Assembly (NCBI RefSeq): GCF_006345805.1
Contig: NC_043006.1
Coordinates: 1,674,001-1,738,000, forward strand
Reading direction: 5' to 3'
Origin: Octopus sinensis
Taxonomy: Eukaryota
Length of the DNA: 64,000 nucleotides
Part shown: one piece after another, positions 21,600 to 36,500 of the stretch
Numbering within the stretch: position 1 is the first letter of the stretch
How the letters are laid out: each line of letters begins with the position of its first letter
The notes under the pieces: model-generated
What the model was told of the DNA's origin: nothing
Database searches by the model: none
The model's input: only the letters and a program-made list of their open reading frames with translations
Made by a program: the position numbers and the translations under genes

Positions 21600-24500
21600 A
21601 ATGCCAGTGTCACATAAGTGGCCCTTTTAAAAGTACCCTTCAATCGTGTGGCAATATGCTGTGCTTGAGAAGACCTGTAGATCAAGTGAAATTATACTCA
21701 TGGTCGATGCCAATACCGCCTGACTGACACCTGTGCCGGTGCCACGTAAAGACCACCATTTAAGCATGGCCGATGTCAGTGCCAGTGATACGTAAAAAGC
21801 GCCATTTGAGCATGGCCAATGCCAGTGCTGCTTGACTGGCTCCTGTGCCAGTGACATGTAAAAAGCACCATTTGAGCATGGCCAATGCCAGTGCTGCTTG
21901 ACTGGCTCCTGTGCTGGTGACATGTAAAAAGCACCATTTGAGCATGGCCAATGCCAGTGCTGCTTGACTGGCTCCTGTGCTGGTGACATGTAAAAAGCAC
22001 CATTTGAGCATGGCCAATGCCAGGCTGCTTGACTGGCTCCTGTGCTGGTGACATGTAAAAAGCACCATTTGAGCATGGCCAATGCCAGTGCTGCTTGACT
22101 GGCTCCTGTGCCAGTGACATGTAAAAAGCACCATTTGAGCATGGCCAATGCCAGTGCTGCTTGACTGGCTCCTGTGCCAGTGACATGTAAAAGCACCATT
22201 TGAGCATGGCCAATGCCAGTGCTGCTCGACTGGCTCCTGTGCTGGTGACATGTAAAAAGCACCATTTGAGCATGGCCAATGCCAGTGCTGCTCGACTGGC
22301 TCCTGTGCTGGTGACATGTAAAAAGCACCATTTGAGCATGGCCAATGCCAGTGCTGCTTGACTGGCTCCTGTGCCGGTGACATGTAAAAGCACCATTTGA
22401 GCATGGCCAATGCCAGTGCTGCTTGACTGCTCCTGTGCTGGTGACATGTAAAAAGCACCATTTGAGCATGGCCAATGCCAGTGCTGCTTGACTGGCTCCT
22501 GTGCTGGTGACATGTAAAAGCACCATGTGAGCATGGCCAATGCCAGTGCTGCTTGACTGGCTCCTGTGCCAGTGACATGTAAAAAGCACCATTTGAGCAT
22601 GGCCAATGCCAGTGCTGCTTGACTGGCTCCTGTGCCAGTGACATGTAAAAAGCACCATTTGAGCATGGCCAATGCCAGTGCTGCTCGACTGGCTCCTGTG
22701 CTGGTGACATGTAAAAAGCACCATTTGAGCATGGCCAATGCCAGTGCTGCTTGACTGGCTCCTGTGCTGGTGACATGTAAAAGCACCATTTGAGCATGGC
22801 CAATGCCAGTGCTGCTTGACTGGCTCCTGTGCCAGTGACATGTAAAAAGCGCCATTTGAGCATGGCCAATGCCAGTGCTGCTCGACTGGCTCCTGTGCTG
22901 GTGACATGTAAAAAGCACCATTTGAGCATGGCCAATGCCAGTGCTGCTTGACTGGCTCCTGTGCCGGTGACATGTAAAAAGCACCATTTGAGCATGGCCA
23001 ATGCCAGTGCTGCTTGACTGGCTCCTGTGCCGGTGACATGTAAAAAGCAGCATTTGAGCATGGCCAATGCCAGTGCTGCTCGACTGGCTCCTGTGCCAGT
23101 GACATGTAAAAAGCGCCATTTGAGCATGGCCAATGCCAGTGCTGCTCGACTGGCTCCTGTGCTGGTGACATGTAAAAAGCACCATTTGAGCATGGCCAAT
23201 GCCAGTGCTGCTTGACTGGCTCCTGTGCTGGTGACATGTAAAAAGCACCATTTGAGCATGGCCAATGCCAGTGCTGCTTGACTGGCTCCTGTGCTGGTGA
23301 CATGTAAAAAGCACCATTTGAGCATGGCCAATGCCAGTGCTGCTTGACTGGCTCCTGTGCTGGTGACATGTAAAAAGCACCATTTGAGCATGGCCAATGC
23401 CAGTGCTGCTTGACTGGCTCCTGTGCCAGTGACATGTAAAAAGCACCATTTGAGCATGGCCAATGCCAGTGCTGCTTGACTGGCTCCTGTGCCAGTGACA
23501 TGTAAAAGCACCATTTGAGCATGGCCAATGCCAGTGCTGCTCGACTGGCTCCTGTGCTGGTGACATGTAAAAAGCACCATTTGAGCATGGCCAATGCCAG
23601 TGCTGCTTGACTGGCTCCTGTGCCGGTGACATGTAAAAAGCACCATTTGAGCATGGCCAATGCCAGTGCTGCTTGACTGGCTCCTGTGCCGGTGACATGT
23701 AAAAAGCACCATTTGAGCATGGCCAATGCCAGTGCTGCTTGACTGGCTCCTGTGCTGGTGACATGTAAAAAGCACCATTTGAGCATGGCCAATGCCAGTG
23801 CTGCTTGACTGGCTCCTGTGCTGGTGACATGTAAAAAGCACCATTTGAGCATGGCCAATGCCAGTGCTGCTTGACTGGCTCCTGTGCCGGTGACATGTAA
23901 AAAGCACCATTTGAGCATGGCCAATGCCAGTGCTGCTTGACTGGCTCCTGTGCTGGTGACATGTAAAAAGCACCATTTGAGCATGGCCAATGCCAGTGCT
24001 GCTTGACTGGCTCCTGTGCTGGTGACATGTAAAAAGCACCATGTGAGCATGGCCAATGCCAGTGCTGCTTGACTGGCTCCTGTGCCAGTGACATGTAAAA
24101 AGCACCATTTGAGCATGGCCAATGCCAGTGCTGCTTGACTGGCTCCTGTGCCAGTGACATGTAAAAAGCACCATTTGAGCATGGCCAATGCCAGTGCTGC
24201 TCGACTGGCTCCTGTGCTGGTGACATGTAAAAAGCACCATTTGAGCATGGCCAATGCCAGTGCTGCTTGACTGGCTCCTGTGCTGGTGACATGTAAAAAG
24301 CACCATTTGAGCATGGCCAATGCCAGTGCTGCTTGACTGGCTCCTGTGCCAGTGACATGTAAAAAGCGCCATTTGAGCATGGCCAATGCCAGTGCTGCTC
24401 GACTGGCTCCTGTGCTGGTGACATGTAAAAAGCACCATTTGAGCATGGCCAATGCCAGTGCTGCTTGACTGGCTCCTGTGCCGGTGACATGTAAAAAGCA

Positions 24501-27500
24501 CCATTTGAGCATGGCCAATGCCAGTGCTGCTTGACTGGCTCCTGTGCCGGTGACATGTAAAAGTAAAAAGCAGCATTTGAGCATGGCCAATGCCAGTGCT
24601 GCTCGACTGGCTCCTGTGCCAGTGACATGTAAAAAGCGCCATTTGAGCATGGCCAATGCCAGTGCTGCTCGACTGGCTCCTGTGCTGGTGACATGTAAAA
24701 AGCACCATTTGAGCATGGCCAATGCCAGTGCTGCTTGACTGGCTCCTGTGCTGGTGACATGTAAAAAGCACCATTTGAGCATGGCCAATGCCAGTGCTGC
24801 TTGACTGGCTCCTGTGCTGGTGACATGTAAAAAGCACCATTTGAGCATGGCCAATGCCAGTGCTGCTTGACTGGCTCCTGTGCTGGTGACATGTAAAAAG
24901 CACCATTTGAGCATGGCCAATGCCAGTGCTGCTTGACTGGCTCCTGTGCAGTGACATGTAAAAAGCACCATTTGAGCATGGCCAATGCCAGTGCTGCTTG
25001 ACTGGCTCCTGTGCCAGTGACATGTAAAAAGCACCATTTGAGCATGGCCAATGCCAGTGCTGCTCGACTGGCTCCTGTGCTGGTGACATGTAAAAAGCAC
25101 CATTTGAGCATGGCCAATGCCAGTGCTGCTTGACTGGCTCCTGTGCCGGTGACATGTAAAAAGCACCATTTGAGCATGGCCAATGCCAGTGCTGCTTGAC
25201 TGGCTCCTGTGCCGGTGACATGTAAAAAGCACCATTTGAGCATGGCCAATGCCAGTGCTGCTTGACTGGCTCCTGTGCTGGTGACATGTAAAAAGCACCA
25301 TTTGAGCATGGCCAATGCCAGTGCTGCTCGACTGGCTCCTGTGCTGGTGACATGTAAAAAGCACCATTTGAGCATGGCCAATGCCAGTGCTGCTTGACTG
25401 GCTCCTGTGCTGGTGACATGTAAAAAGCACCATTTGAGCATGGCCAATGCCAGTGCTGCTTGACTGGCTCCTGTGCCAGTGACATGTAAAAAGCACCATT
25501 TGAGCATGGCCAATGCCAGTGCTGCTCGACTGGCTCCTGTGCTGGTGACATGTAAAAAGCACCATTTGAGCATGGCCAATGCCAGTGCTGCTTGACTGGC
25601 TCCTGTGCTGGTGACATGTAAAAAGCACCATTTGAGCATGGCCAATGCCAGTGCTGCTTGACTGGCTCCTGTGCCAGTGACATGTAAAAAGCGCCATTTG
25701 AGCATGGCCAATGCCAGTGCTGCTCGACTGGCTCCTGTGCTGGTGACATGTAAAAAGCACCATTTGAGCATGGCCAATGCCAGTGCTGCTTGACTGGCTC
25801 CTGTGCCGGTGACATGTAAAAAGCACCATTTGAGCATGGCCAATGCCAGTGCTGCTTGACTGGCTCCTGTGCCGGTGACATGTAAAAAGCACCATTTGAG
25901 CATGGCCAATGCCAGTGCTGCTCGACTGGCTCCTGTGCTGGTGACATGTAAAAAGCACCATTTGAGCATGGCCAATGCCAGTGCTGCTCGACTGGCTCCT
26001 GTGCTGGTGACATGTAAAAAGCACCATTTGAGCATGGCCAATGCCAGTGCTGCTTGACTGGCTCCTGTGCCAGTGACATGTAAAAAGCGCCATTTGAGCA
26101 TGGCCAATGCCAGTGCTGCTCGACTGGCTCCTGTGCTGGTGACATGTAAAAAGCACCATTTGAGCATGGCCAATGCCAGTGCTGCTTGACTGGCTCCTGT
26201 GCTGGTGACATGTAAAAAGCACCATTTGAGCATGGCCAATGCCAGTGCTGCTTGACTGGCTCCTGTGCTGGTGACATGTAAAAAGCACCATTTGAGCATG
26301 GCCAATGCCAGTGCTGCTTGACTGGCTCCTGTGCTGGTGACATGTAAAAAGCACCATTTGAGCATGGCCAATGCCAGTGCTGCTTGACTGGCTCCTGTGC
26401 CAGTGACATGTAAAAAGCACCATTTGAGCATGGCCAATGCCAGTGCTGCTTGACTGGCTCCTGTGCCAGTGACATGTAAAAAGCACCATTTGAGCATGGC
26501 CAATGCCAGTGCTGCTCGACTGGCTCCTGTGCTGGTGACATGTAAAAAGCACCATTTGAGCATGGCCAATGCCAGTGCTGCTCGACTGGCTCCTGTGCTG
26601 GTGACATGTAAAAAGCACCATTTGAGCATGGCCAATGCCAGTGCTGCTTGACTGGCTCCTGTGCCGGTGACATGTAAAAAGCACCATTTGAGCATGGCCA
26701 ATGCCAGTGCTGCTTGACTGGCTCCTGTGCTGGTGACATGTAAAAAGCACCATTTGAGCATGGCCAATGCCAGTGCTGCTTGACTGGCTCCTGTGCTGGT
26801 GACATGTAAAAAGCACCATGTGAGCATGGCCAATGCCAGTGCTGCTTGACTGGCTCCTGTGCCAGTGACATGTAAAAAGCACCATTTGAGCATGGCCAAT
26901 GCCAGTGCTGCTTGACTGGCTCCTGTGCCAGTGACATGTAAAAGCACCATTTGAGCATGGCCAATGCCAGTGCTGCTCGACTGGCTCCTGTGCTGGTGAC
27001 ATGTAAAAAGCACCATTTGAGCATGGCCAATGCCAGTGCTGCTTGACTGGCTCCTGTGCTGGTGACATGTAAAAAGCACCATTTGAGCATGGCCAATGCC
27101 AGTGCTGCTTGACTGGCTCCTGTGCCAGTGACATGTAAAAAGCGCCATTTGAGCATGGCCAATGCCAGTGCTGCTCGACTGGCTCCTGTGCTGGTGACAT
27201 GTAAAAAGCACCATTTGAGCATGGCCAATGCCAGTGCTGCTTGACTGGCTCCTGTGCCGGTGACATGTAAAAAGCACCATTTGAGCATGGCCAATGCCAG
27301 TGCTGCTTGACTGGCTCCTGTGCCGGTGACATGTAAAAAGCACCATTTGAGCATGGCCAATGCCAGTGCTGCTCGACTGGCTCCTGTGCCAGTGACATGT
27401 AAAAAGCGCCATTTGAGCATGGCCAATGCCAGTGCTGCTCGACTGGCTCCTGTGCTGGTGACATGTAAAAAGCACCATTTGAGCATGGCCAATGCCAGTG

Positions 27501-30500
27501 CTGCTTGACTGGCTCCTGTGCTGGTGACATGTAAAAAGCACCATTTGAGCATGGCCAATGCCAGTGCTGCTTGACTGGCTCCTGTGCTGGTGACATGTAA
27601 AAAGCACCATTTGAGCATGGCCAATGCCAGTGCTGCTTGACTGGCTCCTGTGCTGGTGACATGTAAAAAGCACCATTTGAGCATGGCCAATGCCAGTGCT
27701 GCTTGACTGGCTCCTGTGCCAGTGACATGTAAAAAGCACCATTTGAGCATGGCCAATGCCAGTGCTGCTTGACTGGCTCCTGTGCTGGTGACATGTAAAA
27801 AGCACCATTTGAGCATGGCCAATGCCAGTGCTGCTCGACTGGCTCCTGTGCTGGTGACATGTAAAAAGCACCATTTGAGCATGGCCAATGCCAGTGCTGC
27901 TTGACTGGCTCCTGTGCCGGTGACATGTAAAAAGCACCATTTGAGCATGGCCAATGCCAGTGCTGCTTGACTGGCTCCTGTGCCGGTGACATGTAAAAAG
28001 CACCATTTGAGCATGGCCAATGCCAGTGCTGCTTGACTGGCTCCTGTGCTGGTGACATGTAAAAAGCACCATTTGAGCATGGCCAATGCCAGTGCTGCTC
28101 GACTGGCTCCTGTGCTGGTGACATGTAAAAAGCACCATTTGAGCATGGCCAATGCCAGTGCTGCTTGACTGGCTCCTGTGCTGGTGACATGTAAAAAGCA
28201 CCATTTGAGCATGGCCAATGCCAGTGCTGCTTGACTGGCTCCTGTGCCAGTGACATGTAAAAAGCACCATTTGAGCATGGCCAATGCCAGTGCTGCTCGA
28301 CTGGCTCCTGTGCTGGTGACATGTAAAAAGCACCATTTGAGCATGGCCAATGCCAGTGCTGCTTGACTGGCTCCTGTGCTGGTGACATGTAAAAAGCACC
28401 ATTTGAGCATGGCCAATGCCAGTGCTGCTTGACTGGCTCCTGTGCCAGTGACATGTAAAAAGCGCCATTTGAGCATGGCCAATGCCAGTGCTGCTCGACT
28501 GGCTCCTGTGCTGGTGACATGTAAAAGCACCATTTGAGCATGGCCAATGCCAGTGCTGCTTGACTGGCTCCTGTGCCGGTGACATGTAAAAAGCACCATT
28601 TGAGCATGGCCAATGCCAGTGCTGCTTGACTGGCTCCTGTGCCGGTGACATGTAAAAAGCACCATTTGAGCATGGCCAATGCCAGTGCTGCTCGACTGGC
28701 TCCTGTGCTGGTGACATGTAAAAAGCACCATTTGAGCATGGCCAATGCCAGTGCTGCTCGACTGGCTCCTGTGCTGGTGACATGTAAAAAGCACCATTTG
28801 AGCATGGCCAATGCCAGTGCTGCTTGACTGGCTCCTGTGCCAGTGACATGTAAAAAGCGCCATTTGAGCATGGCCAATGCCAGTGCTGCTCGACTGGCTC
28901 CTGTGCTGGTGACATGTAAAAAGCACCATTTGAGCATGGCCAATGCCAGTGCTGCTTGACTGGCTCCTGTGCTGGTGACATGTAAAAAGCACCATTTGAG
29001 CATGGCCAATGCCAGTGCTGCTTGACTGGCTCCTGTGCTGGTGACATGTAAAAAGCACCATTTGAGCATGGCCAATGCCAGTGCTGCTTGACTGGCTCCT
29101 GTGCTGGTGACATGTAAAAAGCACCATTTGAGCATGGCCAATGCCAGTGCTGCTTGACTGGCTCCTGTGCCAGTGACATGTAAAAAGCACCATTTGAGCA
29201 TGGCCAATGCCAGTGCTGCTTGACTGGCTCCTGTGCCAGTGACATGTAAAAGCACCATTTGAGCATGGCCAATGCCAGTGCTGCTCGACTGGCTCCTGTG
29301 CTGGTGACATGTAAAAAGCACCATTTGAGCATGGCCAATGCCAGTGCTGCTTGACTGGCTCCTGTGCCGGTGACATGTAAAAAGCACCATTTGAGCATGG
29401 CCAATGCCAGTGCTGCTTGACTGGCTCCTGTGCCGGTGACATGTAAAAAGCACCATTTGAGCATGGCCAATGCCAGTGCTGCTGCTTGACTGGCTCCTGT
29501 GCTGGTGACATGTAAAAGCACCATTTGAGCATGGCCAATGCCAGTGCTGCTCGACTGGCTCCTGTGCTGGTGACATGTAAAAGCACCATTTGAGCATGGC
29601 CAATGCCAGTGCTGCTTGACTGGCTCCTGTGCTGGTGACATGTAAAAAGCACCATTTGAGCATGGCCAATGCCAGTGCTGCTTGACTGGCTCCTGTGCCA
29701 GTGACATGTAAAAAGCACCATTTGAGCATGGCCAATGCCAGTGCTGCTCGACTGGCTCCTGTGCTGGTGACATGTAAAAAGCACCATTTGAGCATGGCCA
29801 ATGCCAGTGCTGCTTGACTGGCTCCTGTGCTGGTGACATGTAAAAAGCACCATTTGAGCATGGCCAATGCCAGTGCTGCTTGACTGGCTCCTGTGCCAGT
29901 GACATGTAAAAAGCGCCATTTGAGCATGGCCAATGCCAGTGCTGCTCGACTGGCTCCTGTGCTGGTGACATGTAAAAAGCACCATTTGAGCATGGCCAAT
30001 GCCAGTGCTGCTTGACTGGCTCCTGTGCCGGTGACATGTAAAAAGCACCATTTGAGCATGGCCAATGCCAGTGCTGCTTGACTGGCTCCTGTGCCGGTGA
30101 CATGTAAAAAGCACCATTTGAGCATGGCCAATGCCAGTGTGCTCGACTGGCTCCTGTGCTGGTGACATGTAAAAAGCACCATTTGAGCATGGCCAATGCC
30201 AGTGCTGCTTGACTGGCTCCTGTGCCGGTGACATGTAAAAGCACCATTTGAGCATGGCCAATGCCAGTGCTGCTTGACTGGCTCCTGTGCCGGTGACATG
30301 TAAAAAGCACCATTTGAGCATGGCCAATGCCAGTGCTGCTCGACTGGCTCCTGTGCTGGTGACATGTAAAAAGCACCATTTGAGCATGGCCAATGCCAGT
30401 GCTGCTCGACTGGCTCCTGTGCTGGTGACATGTAAAAGCACCATTTGAGCATGGCCAATGCCAGTGCTGCTTGACTGGCTCCTGTGCCAGTGACATGTAA

Positions 30501-33500
30501 AAAGCGCCATTTGAGCATGGCCAATGCCAGTGCTGCTCGACTGGCTCCTGTGCTGGTGACATGTAAAAAGCACCATTGAGCATGGCCAATGCCAGTGCTG
30601 CTTGACTGGCTCCTGTGCTGGTGACATGTAAAAAGCACCATTTGAGCATGGCCAATGCCAGTGCTGCTTGACTGGCTCCTGTGCTGGTGACATGTAAAAA
30701 GCACCATTTGAGCATGGCCAATGCCAGTGCTGCTTGACTGGCTCCTGTGCTGGTGACATGTAAAAAGCACCATTTGAGCATGGCCAATGCCAGTGCTGCT
30801 TGACTGGCTCCTGTGCCAGTGACATGTAAAAAGCACCATTTGAGCATGGCCAATGCCAGTGCTGCTTGACTGGCTCCTGTGCCAGTGACATGTAAAAAGC
30901 ACCATTTGAGCATGGCCAATGCCAGTGCTGCTCGACTGGCTCCTGTGCTGGTGACATGTAAAAAGCACCATTTGAGCATGGCCAATGCCAGTGCTGCTTG
31001 ACTGGCTCCTGTGCCGGTGACATGTAAAAAGCACCATTTGAGCATGGCCAATGCCAGTGCTGCTTGACTGGCTCCTGTGCCGGTGACATGTAAAAAGCAC
31101 CATTTGAGCATGGCCAATGCCAGTGCTGCTTGACTGGCTCCTGTGCTGGTGACATGTAAAAAGCACCATTTGAGCATGGCCAATGCCAGTGCTGCTCGAC
31201 TGGCTCCTGTGCTGGTGACATGTAAAAAGCACCATTTGAGCATGGCCAATGCCAGTGCTGCTTGACTGGCTCCTGCTGGTGACATGTAAAAAGCACCATT
31301 TGAGCATGGCCAATGCCAGTGCTGCTTGACTGGCTCCTGTGCCAGTGACATGTAAAAAGCACCATTTGAGCATGGCCAATGCCAGTGCTGCTCGACTGGC
31401 TCCTGTGCTGGTGACATGTAAAAGCACCATTTGAGCATGGCCAATGCCAGTGCTGCTTGACTGGCTCCTGTGCTGGTGACATGTAAAAAGCACCATTTGA
31501 GCATGGCCAATGCCAGTGCTGCTTGACTGGCTCCTGTGCCAGTGACATGTAAAAAGCGCCATTTGAGCATGGCCAATGCCAGTGCTGCTCGACTGGCTCC
31601 TGTGCTGGTGACATGTAAAAGCACCATTTGAGCATGGCCAATGCCAGTGCTGCTTGACTGGCTCCTGTGCCGGTGACATGTAAAAGCACCATTTGAGCAT
31701 GGCCAATGCCAGTGCTGCTTGACTGGCTCCTGTGCCGGTGATATGTAAAAAGCACCATTTGAGCATGGCCAATGCCAGTGCTGCTCGACTGGCTCCTGTG
31801 CTGGTGACATGTAAAAAGCACCATTTGAGCATGGCCAATGCCAGTGCTGCTCGACTGGCTCCTGTGCTGGTGACATGTAAAAAGCACCATTTGAGCATGG
31901 CCAATGCCAGTGCTGCTTGACTGGCTCCTGTGCCAGTGACATGTAAAAAGCGCCATTTGAGCATGGCCAATGCCAGTGCTGCTCGACTGGCTCCTGTGCT
32001 GGTGACATGTAAAAAGCACCATTTGAGCATGGCCAATGCCAGTGCTGTGCTGCTTGACTGGCTCCTGTGCTGGTGACATGTAAAAAGCACCATTTGAGCA
32101 TGGCCAATGCCAGTGCTGCTTGACTGGCTCCTGTGCTGGTGACATGTAAAAAGCACCATTTGAGCATGGCCAATGCCAGTGCTGCTTGACTGGCTCCTGT
32201 GCTGGTGACATGTAAAAAGCACCATTTGAGCATGGCCAATGCCAGTGCTGCTTGACTGGCTCCTGTGCCAGTGACATGTAAAAAGCACCATTTGAGCATG
32301 GCCAATGCCAGTGCTGCTTGACTGGCTCCTGTGCCAGTGACATGTAAAAGCACCATTTGAGCATGGCCAATGCCAGTGCTGCTCGACTGGCTCCTGTGCT
32401 GGTGACATGTAAAAGCACCATTTGAGCATGGCCAATGCCAGTGCTGCTCGACTGGCTCCTGTGCTGGTGACATGTAAAAAGCACCATTTGAGCATGGCCA
32501 ATGCCAGTGCTGCTTGACTGGCTCCTGTGCCGGTGACATGTAAAAAGCACCATTTGAGCATGGCCAATGCCAGTGCTGCTTGACTGGCTCCTGTGCTGGT
32601 GACATGTAAAAAGCACCATTTGAGCATGGCCAATGCCAGTGCTGCTTGACTGGCTCCTGTGCTGGTGACATGTAAAAAGCACCATGTGAGCATGGCCAAT
32701 GCCAGTGCTGCTTGACTGGCTCCTGTGCCAGTGACATGTAAAAAGCACCATTTGAGCATGGCCAATGCCAGTGCTGCTTGACTGGCTCCTGTGCCAGTGA
32801 CATGTAAAAGCACCATTTGAGCATGGCCAATGCCAGTGCTGCTCGACTGGCTCCTGTGCTGGTGACATGTAAAAAGCACCATTTGAGCATGGCCAATGCC
32901 AGTGCTGCTTGACTGGCTCCTGTGCTGGTGACATGTAAAAAGCACCATTTGAGCATGGCCAATGCCAGTGCTGCTTGACTGGCTCCTGTGCCAGTGACAT
33001 GTAAAAAGCGCCATTTGAGCATGGCCAATGCCAGTGCTGCTCGACTGGCTCCTGTGCTGGTGACATGTAAAAAGCACCATTTGAGCATGGCCAATGCCAG
33101 TGCTGCTTGACTGGCTCCTGTGCCGGTGACATGTAAAAAGCACCATTTGAGCATGGCCAATGCCAGTGCTGCTTGACTGGCTCCTGTGCCGGTGACATGT
33201 AAAAAGCACCATTTGAGCATGGCCAATGCCAGTGCTGCTCGACTGGCTCCTGTGCCAGTGACATGTAAAAAGCGCCATTTGAGCATGGCCAATGCCAGTG
33301 CTGCTCGACTGGCTCCTGTGCTGGTGACATGTAAAAAGCACCATTTGAGCATGGCCAATGCCAGTGCTGCTTGACTGGCTCCTGTGCTGGTGACATGTAA
33401 AAAGCACCATTTGAGCATGGCCAATGCCAGTGCTGCTTGACTGGCTCCTGTGCTGGTGACATGTAAAAAGCACCATTTGAGCATGGCCAATGCCAGTGCT

Positions 33501-36500
33501 GCTTGACTGGCTCCTGTGCTGGTGACATGTAAAAAGCACCATTTGAGCATGGCCAATGCCAGTGCTGCTTGACTGGCTCCTGTGCCAGTGACATGTAAAA
33601 AGCACCATTTGAGCATGGCCAATGCCAGTGCTGCTTGACTGGCTCCTGTGCTGGTGACATGTAAAAAGCACCATTTGAGCATGGCCAATGCCAGTGCTGC
33701 TCGACTGGCTCCTGTGCTGGTGACATGTAAAAAGCACCATTTGAGCATGGCCAATGCCAGTGCTGCTTGACTGGCTCCTGTGCCGGTGACATGTAAAAAG
33801 CACCATTTGAGCATGGCCAATGCCAGTGCTGCTTGACTGGCTCCTGTGCCGGTGACATGTAAAAGCACCATTTGAGCATGGCCAATGCCAGTGCTGCTTG
33901 ACTGGCTCCTGTGCTGGTGACATGTAAAAGCACCATTTGAGCATGGCCAATGCCAGTGCTGCTCGACTGGCTCCTGTGCTGGTGACATGTAAAAAGCACC
34001 ATTTGAGCATGGCCAATGCCAGTGCTGCTTGACTGGCTCCTGTGCTGGTGACATGTAAAAAGCACCATTTGAGCATGGCCAATGCCAGTGCTGCTTGACT
34101 GGCTCCTGTGCCAGTGACATGTAAAAGCACCATTTGAGCATGGCCAATGCCAGTGCTGCTCGACTGGCTCCTGTGCTGGTGACATGTAAAAAGCACCATT
34201 TGAGCATGGCCAATGCCAGTGCTGCTTGACTGGCTCCTGTGCTGGTGACATGTAAAAAGCACCATTTGAGCATGGCCAATGCCAGTGCTGCTTGACTGGC
34301 TCCTGTGCCAGTGACATGTAAAAAGCGCCATTTGAGCATGGCCAATGCCAGTGCTGCTCGACTGGCTCCTGTGCTGGTGACATGTAAAAAGCACCATTTG
34401 AGCATGGCCAATGCCAGTGCTGCTTGACTGGCTCCTGTGCCGTGACATGTAAAAAGCACCATTTGAGCATGGCCAATGCCAGTGCTGCTTGACTGGCTCC
34501 TGTGCCGGTGACATGTAAAAAGCACCATTTGAGCATGGCCAATGCCAGTGCTGCTCGACTGGCTCCTGTGCTGGTGACATGTAAAAAGCACCATTTGAGC
34601 ATGGCCAATGCCAGTGCTGCTCGACTGGCTCCTGTGCTGGTGACATGTAAAAAGCACCATTTGAGCATGGCCAATGCCAGTGCTGCTTGACTGGCTCCTG
34701 TGCCAGTGACATGTAAAAAGCGCCATTTGAGCATGGCCAATGCCAGTGCTGCTCGACTGGCTCCTGTGCTGGTGACATGTAAAAAGCACCATTTGAGCAT
34801 GGCCAATGCCAGTGCTGCTTGACTGGCTCCTGTGCTGGTGACATGTAAAAAGCACCATTTGAGCATGGCCAATGCCAGTGCTGCTTGACTGGCTCCTGTG
34901 CTGGTGACATGTAAAAAGCACCATTTGAGCATGGCCAATGCCAGTGCTGCTTGACTGGCTCCTGTGCTGGTGACATGTAAAAGCACCATTTGAGCATGGC
35001 CAATGCCAGTGCTGCTTGACTGGCTCCTGTGCCAGTGACATGTAAAAAGCACCATTTGAGCATGGCCAATGCCAGTGCTGCTCGACTGGCTCCTGTGCTG
35101 GTGACATGTAAAAAGCACCATTTGAGCATGGCCAATGCCAGTGCTGCTCGACTGGCTCCTGTGCTGGTGACATGTAAAAAGCACCATTTGAGCATGGCCA
35201 ATGCCAGTGCTGCTTGACTGGCTCCTGTGCCGGTGACATGTAAAAAGCACCATTTGAGCATGGCCAATGCCAGTGCTGCTTGACTGGCTCCTGTGCTGGT
35301 GACATGTAAAAAGCACCATTTGAGCATGGCCAATGCCAGTGCTGCTTGACTGGCTCCTGTGCTGGTGACATGTAAAAAGCACCATTTGAGCATGGCCAAT
35401 GCCAGTGCTGCTTGACTGGCTCCTGTGCCAGTGACATGTAAAAAGCACCATTTGAGCATGGCCAATGCCAGTGCTGCTTGACTGGCTCCTGTGCCAGTGA
35501 CATGTAAAAAGCACCATTTGAGCATGGCCAATGCCAGTGCTGCTCGACTGGCTCCTGTGCTGGTGACATGTAAAAAGCACCATTTGAGCATGGCCAATGC
35601 CAGTGCTGCTTGACTGGCTCCTGTGCCGGTGACATGTAAAAAGCACCATTTGAGCATGGCCAATGCCAGTGCTGCTTGACTGGCTCCTGTGCCAGTGACA
35701 TGTAAAAAGCGCCATTTGAGCATGGCCAATGCCAGTGCTGCTCGACTGGCTCCTGTGCTGGTGACATGTAAAAAGCACCATTTGAGCATGGCCAATGCCA
35801 GTGCTGCTTGACTGGCTCCTGTGCCGTGACATGTAAAAAGCACCATTTGAGCATGGCCAATGCCAGTGCTGCTTGACTGGCTCCTGTGCCGGTGACATGT
35901 AAAAAGCACCATTTGAGCATGGCCAATGCCAGTGCTGCTCGACTGGCTCCTGTGCCAGTGACATGTAAAAAGCGCCATTTGAGCATGGCCAATGCCAGTG
36001 CTGCTCGACTGGCTCCTGTGCTGGTGACATGTAAAAAGCACCATTTGAGCATGGCCAATGCCAGTGCTGCTTGACTGGCTCCTGTGCTGGTGACATGTAA
36101 AAAGCACCATTTGAGCATGGCCAATGCCAGTGCTGCTTGACTGGCTCCTGTGCTGGTGACATGTAAAAAGCACCATTTGAGCATGGCCAATGCCAGTGCT
36201 GCTTGACTGGCTCCTGTGCTGGTGACATGTAAAAAGCACCATTTGAGCATGGCCAATGCCAGTGCTGCTTGACTGGCTCCTGTGCCAGTGACATGTAAAA
36301 AGCACCATTTGAGCATGGCCAATGCCAGTGCTGCTTGACTGGCTCCTGTGCCAGTGACATGTAAAAAGCACCATTTGAGCATGGCCAATGCCAGTGCTGC
36401 TCGACTGGCTCCTGTGCTGGTGACATGTAAAAAGCACCATTTGAGCATGGCCAATGCCAGTGCTGCTCGACTGGCTCCTGTGCTGGTGACATGTAAAAAG